A stretch of DNA of 64,000 bases from an uncultured Nitrospiraceae bacterium (GTDB taxonomy: Bacteria > Hydrogenedentota > Hydrogenedentia > Hydrogenedentales > SLHB01), in the NCBI GenBank assembly GCA_964402555.1, contig CAYOCT010000039.1:615-64614 (forward strand), in the 5' to 3' direction. How positions within the stretch are numbered: the stretch's first letter is position 1; each line of letters starts with the position of its first letter. Both the position numbers and the translations under genes were made by a program. The notes under the pieces are model-generated. The model did not search any database. It saw only the letters and a program-made list of their open reading frames with translations, and had not been told where the DNA came from. Positions 8,595-17,262 of this stretch are shown here, in pieces.

Positions 8595-11500
8595 TCATCC
8601 TTTAACGCGTGCGAGGCATCCCACATTCATCGGCCCGACAGCCGCCTCGACTACGTCATCGTCGCCATCACGGAGGACGGTGGGCGCTGCATCGTTCCAG
8701 ACGTCCCTCCATGTCCACCCCTCGCGATGCGGCACACGCAGCACCGCGCCGCGCGCCGTGGCGTAGCGCGCATTGTACAACGTCCAGACCTCTTCATGCT
8801 CGGACGGGAAGTAGTTGGCATGCACGCCGTCCATCAACGTCGGCATGAGCGGACGCGGATGCGGCGTCGTGAACGCGGCACGATGCTCGCGCAAGATCGC
8901 GTGGCCTTTTCGGATGGCCGCGCGCATGTCTTCGGAAAACCACTCCGCGCCCGGGCCTTCGAGCCAAATGCCCTCGCCATTGAAGAACGTCCAATGCACA
9001 CCCGTCGCCCAAGAGCCGCTGGGTTTGTCGCAGAACAGGATTTCGAAGGTCTTGAGATCGGGAATCGCGAAGCGGAACAGATTGATCGGAATGCGCGATC
9101 CGCGCGCGACGTGCTGATTCATGACGTACGTGAACGAACCGTCCTGATACTGGCTCGTTACGTCGCAGGGCGATTCCTCGGTGTAGATCGCGACGCCCGG
9201 TTTCACTGCGTCAATCGCGACGCGGACGGCCTTTGTCATTTCGAGTTCGGTTTGGACGCAGTAGCTTGGAACGGTGTGGCCATGGTCCGCGCTGTGGCAG
9301 TCCTTGTCGACGCCGGTGAATCCGAATTCGTCGATATACATGCCGTCAGCATCGAGTTCCCGGACTTTTGCTGCGTAGGTCGCGGCCTGGATCGCGCGCC
9401 ATTCCTCGACGCCGGGACAGATGAAGATCTCGGAACTGTCCGGCCACCGCGCGCCACGACCGTCCGCGCCGATCAGTTGCCATTTGCTTCCGTGCTCAAC
9501 GCCTAGCTTGCCGCGCTCGCCGAGCAGGTAGCCTTCGATATAGAGTCCGACGGGTACGCCTTTCGCACGAATGCCGGCGATGGCGTCGTGCAGTTGCGGG
9601 AGGCCGCCTTTGAGATAATCATAGGGGCTGTAGTCGCCCACGCGTCCGTAGATGCGGCCGTACGGCCCGCAGTTGCCCCAGTCGAACAAGTGCAGATAGT
9701 CGATCCCGCCGAACTGATCCACGCCTTCGTCGAGCGCGCGCTGAAGATCGATCGTCTCGCCGTTGTACAGCGGGTCGAGCCAATGCAGAAATCGCTGCCT
9801 GAAATTGAAGACCTCGCGGAACCACGCCTTGCGCGGCGATGCGGGCTTGTACCACGTGTCAAGCCAGCGGCGATAATCGTCCAGCGCCGTGTGCCAATCG
9901 CCGTTCGACACGGCGAGGATCGTGTCCGCCAACGCGCGCGTTTCGCCCGGGCGCATGGCACGCGCGGGATAGCGCACGGCCATGCTCATGCCGCGCTCGT
10001 CCTTACTCAGTTCGTAGTAGCGCTCGATGCACGTCGTGTCTTCGGTGCGCAGATTGAGGCTTTGGCCTTCGACGGGATTCGCTGTTGCCATGAATTGCAC
10101 ATTGAACAGGCCGCTGTACCGCTCGCTCAAAGACACGTTCTCGCGACCGATGCGCGCGGCGCGGCATGGGAACACGTACTCGTTGGCGGCGAGACGCTCG
10201 CCCAGAACGTACGGACCGATCCGAGGCGCGACGATCCCTACCGTAATTGCATTGGAACCGGCGTTGACCATGCGTCCGCGGAATCGTAGCGCGCCCCGTT
10301 CGTCCAGATCGATTGCGATCTCGATACGAAGACCGGCGCATGAAGCCACTTCGTATACGGCCTCGATGGACGTGTCGGGACCGTTGGGCTGCGAACATTG
10401 CGCGAGCCGAATCTCTTCGGAAGGAAGGGTTCGATCGTCGAGCATAACCGCAAACAGCGGATCGCCAGCCTCCTTTCGCACCACCGCGCGCTTTGCTGCC
10501 TTGTCGTCGAGTTCGAGCAACCCACACGCTTCGGCCATCGCGATGCGCGCCGATAGCAGGCCGTTTTCGAGGCGGGCAGTCTTGGTTTCCGGATCGTAGA
10601 CGATGCGGTTCGCGCCGCGCTCGGGCGCGGACTCGTATCCTTTCAGAGGCACAGCATTGTTCGATTCGTTCCACGCGGCGAACAGCGGTTCGGTAGCTGT
10701 TCTGCACGTTACGGCGGCCACGGCGAATCCGCCTTGCGCGGTCCTGTCCGCAACGACGAGGCGTTCCAAAGTCTTTGTGGGATCGCAGAACACGCAGAGC
10801 ACCTGCGCGCCGGACACGACCTCGTGTGCGCCGTTCGCTACGTTGGCCGGAAGGCAGGCATCTTCGAGGCCGTCGTCATATTCAAGGCTCACGAGAAATC
10901 GGTCGACATCGCCTATGCGTTGGAGTGGGCCGCCTCCGTACACCGCGTCGTCCATCCCGCGAAACGCGGTGAGCATCAACAGGTATACCTGGCGGGTCTT
11001 GACGCCGACCGGTATCGCGAGTTGCCCCGTATCCTTGATCCCGGTTGCGGCGAGCGCCTCAGCGCCGTGCCTTAACTCGAACGGGATCCCAAATGAGGTG
11101 ATGGTATTGGATTCGGGCCACGCTTGGAGATGCAGCAGGTCCAGCACAGGATCGAGAGACTGGTTGCACGCCGGACCGAGGTCGATCGTTTGAAATGCGT
11201 CCCACGCCGCTCCCGGACTGTAATTCACCTGATCGGCGAAGGCCGTGCGCGGATACTCGGTTGCGAGCCGTACACTGTCGATGTGGATTTCGCCAGGGGC
11301 ATCGGAGGTCTGAACCTGGATCGCCATGCCGCCGGCCACGCCGAAACGCGCCGAGGCTTCATTCAACGGCGCGACGGCGACGTGCCACTGGCCGTCGGGC
11401 CTGAGTTGAAACCCGCGGACCACGTCGGCATAGGCGGCATCGGACTTACTGAGGAAGGCGAGAGCGTAATCGTAGTATCGCGTCAAGTTGATCGCCTTGT

Positions 11501-11846
11501 AACGCATCGTCACATAGCGGTATTGCCGAAGGTCGATGCCATCGCCCAGTCCCGCGTGCCACTTCATACCGCGCGCGGCCTCGTTCACGCAGAACGTCGT
11601 TACACCTGACGCGGGGTCGCGCCCAACACCGTTCTCGCTAGAGGGATTGCCGAGCCAGCCGGGCTGGGCCGTCCATACGGCCGAGGCCAGGTCGATATCG
11701 CGCGCGTCGCTGGCGCCGGGCTGTGCCGTTTCGGACGGCGAGGCATCGGCGAATTCGGCGCGCCACGCCGCGAGATCGCCCGGGCCGATGGGCTCGGCCA
11801 AGGCGGCCCCGCAGGACAGAATCAGAATGAATCCCCAGTATTTCAT
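8595..11846 (-). CDS. Large secreted protein with DUF6259-like (putative glycoside hydrolase barrel) domain
   Basis: Signal peptide MKYWGFILILSCGAALA; GGIDYLHLFDWG, GVPVGLYIEGY, DGMYIDEFG, YTEE motifs resemble GH-type barrels. Family assignment is from memory. Confidence 0.6.
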   Translation of the reverse strand: MKYWGFILILSCGAALAEPIGPGDLAAWRAEFADASPSETAQPGASDARDIDLASAVWTAQPGWLGNPSSENGVGRDPASGVTTFCVNEAARGMKWHAGLGDGIDLRQYRYVTMRYKAINLTRYYDYALAFLSKSDAAYADVVRGFQLRPDGQWHVAVAPLNEASARFGVAGGMAIQVQTSDAPGEIHIDSVRLATEYPRTAFADQVNYSPGAAWDAFQTIDLGPACNQSLDPVLDLLHLQAWPESNTITSFGIPFELRHGAEALAATGIKDTGQLAIPVGVKTRQVYLLMLTAFRGMDDAVYGGGPLQRIGDVDRFLVSLEYDDGLEDACLPANVANGAHEVVSGAQVLCVFCDPTKTLERLVVADRTAQGGFAVAAVTCRTATEPLFAAWNESNNAVPLKGYESAPERGANRIVYDPETKTARLENGLLSARIAMAEACGLLELDDKAAKRAVVRKEAGDPLFAVMLDDRTLPSEEIRLAQCSQPNGPDTSIEAVYEVASCAGLRIEIAIDLDERGALRFRGRMVNAGSNAITVGIVAPRIGPYVLGERLAANEYVFPCRAARIGRENVSLSERYSGLFNVQFMATANPVEGQSLNLRTEDTTCIERYYELSKDERGMSMAVRYPARAMRPGETRALADTILAVSNGDWHTALDDYRRWLDTWYKPASPRKAWFREVFNFRQRFLHWLDPLYNGETIDLQRALDEGVDQFGGIDYLHLFDWGNCGPYGRIYGRVGDYSPYDYLKGGLPQLHDAIAGIRAKGVPVGLYIEGYLLGERGKLGVEHGSKWQLIGADGRGARWPDSSEIFICPGVEEWRAIQAATYAAKVRELDADGMYIDEFGFTGVDKDCHSADHGHTVPSYCVQTELEMTKAVRVAIDAVKPGVAIYTEESPCDVTSQYQDGSFTYVMNQHVARGSRIPINLFRFAIPDLKTFEILFCDKPSGSWATGVHWTFFNGEGIWLEGPGAEWFSEDMRAAIRKGHAILREHRAAFTTPHPRPLMPTLMDGVHANYFPSEHEEVWTLYNARYATARGAVLRVPHREGWTWRDVWNDAAPTVLRDGDDDVVEAAVGPMNVGCLARVKG

Positions 11847-11868
11847 AACGATCCATCTTTTTGAAGAA

Positions 11869-11919
11869 CTCGTTCCCAAGCTCCGCTTGGGAACGCATTG
11901 TACGAGAAGCTGTGCTTCG
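11869..11919 (+). repeat. REP-like palindrome, left flank of RAYT
   Basis: CTCGTTCCCAAG-CTCCG-CTTGGGAACGCATTG...GAAGCTGTGCTTCG; inverted near-copy at 12535-12585. Confidence 0.88.
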
Positions 11920-11992
11920 AGGGGCTTCTCACTTCGTGATAGTCACTAGAGACAGACTGTACACGACTCCAGACTCCGAGTACACTGTCTTC

Positions 11993-12529
11993 ATGCGCTC
12001 ACGATACAAGATCGTCGAATCGGACGGCATCTACTTTCTAACCGCGACAATCATCGAGTGGATTCCCACTCTTACCGGCACGGACGTCTGCGACGACATC
12101 GTTGCCTCGCTCGGGTATTGCCGACAGCATAAAGCGCTGCGCCTCTATGCTTACGTCATCCTGGACAATCTCATGCACCTCGTCGCCGAGGCGCCGGATC
12201 TTATAGGCGTCGTTCGCTCATTCAAGGCGTACACTGCGAAGGCCATCCTTCACTCCGCGCAGCGACAGGGAAAGGAATGGCTCCTCAATCAGTTCACCTA
12301 TTACAAGAAACGTCACAAGGATGCCAGTCAGTATCAGGTGTGGCAGGAGGGCGTCCACCCTCAACTTATCGAGGGCGACATCATGTTGCGGCAGAAAATC
12401 GACTACGTGCACGAGAACCCCGTTCGTCGAGGGTATGTCGACGCACCGGAGCATTGGCGTTATTCCTCCGCGCGCAACTATGTGGGCGGGGGGCTTGCCG
12501 TGATGGATGTGGATCTTCTCCCATTCTAG
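11993..12529 (+). mobile_element. REP-associated tyrosine transposase (RAYT, IS200/IS605-related Y1 HUH family)
   Basis: YFLTATI, LYAYVILDNLMHL (HUH position, first His absent), WQEG, KIDYVHENPVRRG, WRYSSA. Flanked by inverted REPs. Confidence 0.9.
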
Positions 12530-12534
12530 GGAGA

Positions 12535-12585
12535 GGAAGCACAACTTCCAGTGCAATGCGTTCCCAAGCACAGCTTGGGAACGAG
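12535..12585 (-). repeat. REP-like palindrome, right flank of RAYT
   Basis: GGAAGCACAACTTCC...ATGCGTTCCCAAG-CACAG-CTTGGGAACGAG; reverse complement closely matches 11869-11919. Confidence 0.88.
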
Positions 12586-12607
12586 TCCAAGAAGGCCACA
12601 AGCGTTG

Positions 12608-13612
12608 TTACAAAAGGAACGCCTCGGCGGCCGCTTCGGTGTCTTCGTCGGTGATGTCGAGATGAAATACGGTTCGGATCATCGCCGGTCCTGTTGCCAG
12701 CACAAGGACGCCGCGTTCGCGCAGGCGCGCGGCGAGCGCCTTCGCGTCGGGCGCCTGGACGTAGACCATGTTGGTCGGCGATGGGTTCGGGCAGGCGAGA
12801 TGCGGCGCGGCTTCGATGCGGGCTCGGAACAGGCGCGCGCGGCGGTGGTCGTCGCGAAGCCGCTCGACGTGGTGGTCAAGCGCGTACAATCCGGCCGCGG
12901 CGAGCACGCCGGCCTGCCGCATGCCGCCGCCAAGCATCTTGCGATAGCGGTGCGCGCGATCGATCGTCTCGGCATCGCCCACCAAGAGCGAGCCGACAGG
13001 GCATCCCAGCCCTTTGGAGAGACAGAACGATACGGTGTCCGCATGACGCGCATATTCGGCGGGCGCGATGCCGGTCTCGACCACGGCGTTGAAAATCCGA
13101 GCGCCGTCGCAATGAAACCGCAGGCCGCGTTCGCGGGCGAGCGCGCCGATAGCGGCCACGGTCTCGATGGGATAGATGCTGCCGCCGCCGCGATTCGAGG
13201 TGTTCTCGATGCTGATCATCGTTGTCGGCGAGAAATGATGGTCGTTGGTCTGGACGATCTTCGCGGCAATCTGCTCCGCCGTCATGATCCCGAACTGGCC
13301 TGGGATCGTCCGCGTGAGGACGCCCGCAACCGCGGCGACATTGCCGGACTCGAAGTTGTAGGGATGAGCATCCTCGCTGAGGATCAGCGTATCGCCGGGA
13401 CGCGTCTGCGATAACACCGCGAGCAGGTTCGCCATCGTGCCGGTCGGCACAAACAGGGCCGCCTCTTTGCCGAACAGCGCGGCGGCGCGTTCCTGCAACG
13501 CGTTGACCGTAGGGTCTTCGCCAAAGACGTCGTCGCCGACCTCGGCGCGCGCCATGGCGTCCCGCATCGCGGGCGTGGGTTTCGTTACCGTATCGCTACG
13601 CAGATCAATCAC
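12608..13612 (-). CDS. ltaE: Low-specificity L-threonine aldolase
   Basis: [60 protein letters not shown] start at 13612 after GGGAGG. Confidence 0.95.
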   Translation of the reverse strand: MIDLRSDTVTKPTPAMRDAMARAEVGDDVFGEDPTVNALQERAAALFGKEAALFVPTGTMANLLAVLSQTRPGDTLILSEDAHPYNFESGNVAAVAGVLTRTIPGQFGIMTAEQIAAKIVQTNDHHFSPTTMISIENTSNRGGGSIYPIETVAAIGALARERGLRFHCDGARIFNAVVETGIAPAEYARHADTVSFCLSKGLGCPVGSLLVGDAETIDRAHRYRKMLGGGMRQAGVLAAAGLYALDHHVERLRDDHRRARLFRARIEAAPHLACPNPSPTNMVYVQAPDAKALAARLRERGVLVLATGPAMIRTVFHLDITDEDTEAAAEAFLL

Positions 13613-13672
13613 GGCCGTACCTCCCGCGCGTATGCTCGCAGGTCGTTCGGGCGCGATGCAACTTGCCCGGCC

Positions 13673-14419
13673 ATGGCGAAGCCACGTATAACAGCCCCAA
13701 ACCGGCACACCGGATGGGATCGGGTCATGGCACTGCGACTAGGCACATGGGTGTTCACCCCCAACACGGTCATGCTGATCCTCGCCCTGTCGTTCTTCTT
13801 GACGCTCTCGTATCCACGGCTGCGCGCAACTGGCATAAGGCCAGGAATCGCCTTGCCCGTGACGATCGTGTGCGGCGCGGCGGGAGGATGGCTGTATGCG
13901 CGCCTTGCCGGCGGGACGTCTGCGGATGCCTTGCCGGGGGCATGGGACCTCCATTTCGGATCGTTCGGCGGCTATTGGGGCGCGCTGGCCGGCGCCGCGG
14001 TATGTGCATGGGCAACGCAACACGACGCGCGGCGCGCGGCCGACGCGCTCGTGCCGGGCATCCTTGCGGGCGCGGCCGTAGCGCGGCTCGGGTGTTTCTT
14101 CACCGGCTGCTGCCAAGGAGTGCCGGAAACCGTGTGCGGTATAGCGTACTTCCGCCCTTGGCCGCTATACGATTTGGCCGCGCTGCTGATCACGCTCGCG
14201 TCCGTCGCCTACACGCAACGTAGAGGCGGCAGGCCGGGCAAAGCCGTAATCCATTTCCTTATCGCTTACGGCGGCATGCGCTTCCTGCTCGAGTTCGCGC
14301 GCGACGCACAACCTCTTCTCGGGCCGTTCACGGCAGGCCACCTCATGGCGGCGATTCAGATTGCCGCGGGATGTGCCCTGTGCGCGATGCGCCCGGACCG
14401 AAATCCGGCCTGTTCTTGA
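13673..14419 (+). CDS. Divergent prolipoprotein diacylglyceryl transferase (Lgt)-family membrane protein
   Basis: Multi-TM; [30 protein letters not shown] resemble Lgt signatures. Start may be 13727. Confidence 0.7.
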   Translation: MAKPRITAPNRHTGWDRVMALRLGTWVFTPNTVMLILALSFFLTLSYPRLRATGIRPGIALPVTIVCGAAGGWLYARLAGGTSADALPGAWDLHFGSFGGYWGALAGAAVCAWATQHDARRAADALVPGILAGAAVARLGCFFTGCCQGVPETVCGIAYFRPWPLYDLAALLITLASVAYTQRRGGRPGKAVIHFLIAYGGMRFLLEFARDAQPLLGPFTAGHLMAAIQIAAGCALCAMRPDRNPACS

Positions 14420-14499
14420 CCATACCTAGCGTATCGTCCATAATCCACGGATTGAATCGAAGCCCAATTCGGCAGGCGCTGTAGAAGAGGTGTTGTCTA

Positions 14500-17262
14500 G
14501 TGGAAAGTATGGCGGTGAGGTGGATGATCAAGGGGCTTGTTCCGGTCCTTACGATCCCACTCGTATTCCTCTTTCAACAGACGAGTCTTGGACGCCTGCG
14601 TCGGCTTCATCCCGTCTTCGCGGTTGCGCTCGGCATCCTTGCGATCGTGTCGGTCGGTTCCTACTTCGAATTCGGCTACCTTCGCTACGGCCGCTACATG
14701 AACCCGCACGATGTCTTCCACTATTACATCGGGGCAAAGTACTCGGCCGAAGTCGACTACGCCGACTTGTACCGGTGCGCGCTGGTCGCGGACATGGAAG
14801 GCAAGAGAGTCTTCAAAGGAAGAGCGATCCGCAACCTTGACACCCATGGCTTCGAATCGACCCAGCCGGTCCTCACAAACGCTGCTAAGTACAAGAGCAC
14901 GTTCACTCCGCAGCGATGGGAGGAATTCAAGAAGGATATCCGCTACTTCCAGTCGGCGATGCCGGCTGCGAAGTGGAATCAAGTCTTGGGCGACAAGGGG
15001 TACAACGCGACGCCCGTGTGGAACACCGTCGCGCGCTTTCTGACCAACCATGTCTCGACTGACAGCGTGTGGGGCATGCGCCTCCTGGTGCTGATCGATC
15101 CGTTCCTCATGGCGATTATGTACGGCGCGGTGTGGTGGGCGTTCGGATGGCGCGCCGCCTTGCTGGCGATGGTCTACTTCGACACGAACTTCATGGGCGC
15201 GTTCGTTCACATCAAGGGCGCGTTCCTTCGACTCGACTGGGTGGTCTTCCTCGTCGTGTCGACCTGCCTTATCAAGAGGGGGTGGTACAAGTCGGCAGGT
15301 GTGCTCATGGCCTACTCGGCGATGGCCCGCGTGTTTCCCGCGATCTTCCTGTTCGGACTAGGGCTGAAAGCCGCATGGAGCGGCGGCCAATACGCGCTCG
15401 CTTGTGTCAAGACGCAACGGCTTACAATGCCCGGCCCGGAACTGCGGCGGTATATCGCCTTCTTCCTCGCGGTTGTTATAGCGAGCGTGATCTTTGTGGG
15501 CATCGCCACATGGGACGACGGCGGGCTGCACCGGTGGGAGAGCTTCTCGAAAAAGATCGCCGTGCACAACAATGACATTTCGACCACGCGCGTAGGTTTC
15601 AAGTACATCTTCCTCAGTCCCTTTGCAGCGTTCGGGGAAAAGGCAGCCGGCTTCCGGGATCATCAGGCCCTATGGCGTTTCCTGATGCTGATCGCCCTCG
15701 CGCTCGCGGCGATCCCGGTGTTGAAACTCGAAGACGCCGAGACGATCCCGTACAGTTTCGTGCCCGCGTTCTTTCTGACGGCGCCTACGTTCTACTACTA
15801 CGTCATGCTGGTGGTGCCGCTACTGTTATTCCTGCCGAAGATCGAACGCTGGCCGAGGTCGGTGGGCCTGGCGTCCATGTACGGCATCTCGGCCGTATCG
15901 TGCTATATGAACAAGTACTGGCCGCTGGATTTCAGGCTCTGCCTGTTCATGTCGAGCCTGTTGTTCGGGCTCGTCCTCTACATGATGGCGGTCCCGTTCC
16001 TGACAAGGAGAGCCGCGGCCACCGCGCCCGAAGCCCCTTTGGAACCGGAACCGGAACTGAAGCCGGCGCCGCTCGCCGGCTCGGGCGGTCGCAAGAAATC
16101 CAAGAGGAAAGGGAAGGCAAAGACCTACACCGCCCCACAGCCGCAACCCGCAGCGCATACGGCCTATCTCCCAACGGACCCGGCCGCAAGATCGTTAAGA
16201 CCGTACTGGATTTGGGGTGCGGCGGGGTTGTTGGCAGTGGTGTGCGTAGGGTTAATCGCGCTATTCGTCAGCGCGAGGAGATCCGTGCCTGCGGCCGCAA
16301 GCGTAGGCCAATCGACCAACGATGTTCAACTGATGTTTGCGGGCGATGTGATGCTTTCGCGAAATGTTGCGGCCAGCATTAAGAAGCACGGCAACGACTT
16401 CTCATTCCCGTTCCAGAAAACCGCCGATTACACGCGCCAGGCCGATATCGCATTTTGCAACCTCGAGTGCCCGGTTACCGAGCGTGGGGATCTGGTCTCG
16501 AAACACTACACGTTTCGCGCGGAACCGCAAGCACTGACCGCCTTGCGCGCCGCGGGTTTCCAGTTAGTGTCGATCGCGAACAACCACGTGCTGGATTACG
16601 GTCCCGACGGTCTCTCGGATACGTTGAGCGCGCTGGCGCAGAACCAGATACACTACGTAGGCATTTGCACAAACGACGAACCGCAGACCCCCGTGATCAT
16701 GGAGGCGAAGGGCCTCAAGATCGGATATCTTGGCTACGCGGACCCGGCGTACGAGTACTCGTATGCGAAAGAGTTCCTCAGATTCCCGACGCGTCCCGCC
16801 AAAGGCGACCGCGAGACGATCCAGGCGGATATTGCGCGGCTGAAGCCGCAAGTGGACCTGGTTGTGGTTTCCATCCACTGGGGCATCGAGTACCGAACCG
16901 ACGCGGACGTGAAGCAGCGTGAATTGGGCCGCTTCATTATCGACTCGGGCGCGTCGATCGTTGCGGGCCATCATCCGCACGTGCTCCAAGACCCCGAGCT
17001 GTACCACAACGGTTTGATCATTTACAGCTTGGGCAATTTCGTTTTTGACCAGCACACCCGGCCTGCCACGCGCCTCAGCCGGTTGTTCCGCGTGTTCGTG
17101 AACAAACAGGGCATGGTCCGTGCGGACTTCCTTCCGCTTGAAATCGCCAACTTGGACTGGCAGCCGACGCCCACCGCGACGGATTTCGTGCCGGTCTCGA
17201 ACCAAGCGCCGCAAGGATCCCAAGCGCCCGATACGCCGGATGCGCCCGAAGAATCGGGATGA
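14500..17262 (+). CDS. Fusion: multi-pass membrane (GT-C glycosyltransferase-like) domain + CapA/PGA_cap metallophosphatase-like domain
   Basis: C-terminal GDVML, NLECP, ANNHVLDYG, IHWG, GHHPHV, YSLGNF motifs identify CapA. The N-terminal ~500 aa has about 10 TM segments and a periplasmic loop (GT-C assignment is inference). Confidence 0.8.
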   Translation: MESMAVRWMIKGLVPVLTIPLVFLFQQTSLGRLRRLHPVFAVALGILAIVSVGSYFEFGYLRYGRYMNPHDVFHYYIGAKYSAEVDYADLYRCALVADMEGKRVFKGRAIRNLDTHGFESTQPVLTNAAKYKSTFTPQRWEEFKKDIRYFQSAMPAAKWNQVLGDKGYNATPVWNTVARFLTNHVSTDSVWGMRLLVLIDPFLMAIMYGAVWWAFGWRAALLAMVYFDTNFMGAFVHIKGAFLRLDWVVFLVVSTCLIKRGWYKSAGVLMAYSAMARVFPAIFLFGLGLKAAWSGGQYALACVKTQRLTMPGPELRRYIAFFLAVVIASVIFVGIATWDDGGLHRWESFSKKIAVHNNDISTTRVGFKYIFLSPFAAFGEKAAGFRDHQALWRFLMLIALALAAIPVLKLEDAETIPYSFVPAFFLTAPTFYYYVMLVVPLLLFLPKIERWPRSVGLASMYGISAVSCYMNKYWPLDFRLCLFMSSLLFGLVLYMMAVPFLTRRAAATAPEAPLEPEPELKPAPLAGSGGRKKSKRKGKAKTYTAPQPQPAAHTAYLPTDPAARSLRPYWIWGAAGLLAVVCVGLIALFVSARRSVPAAASVGQSTNDVQLMFAGDVMLSRNVAASIKKHGNDFSFPFQKTADYTRQADIAFCNLECPVTERGDLVSKHYTFRAEPQALTALRAAGFQLVSIANNHVLDYGPDGLSDTLSALAQNQIHYVGICTNDEPQTPVIMEAKGLKIGYLGYADPAYEYSYAKEFLRFPTRPAKGDRETIQADIARLKPQVDLVVVSIHWGIEYRTDADVKQRELGRFIIDSGASIVAGHHPHVLQDPELYHNGLIIYSLGNFVFDQHTRPATRLSRLFRVFVNKQGMVRADFLPLEIANLDWQPTPTATDFVPVSNQAPQGSQAPDTPDAPEESG

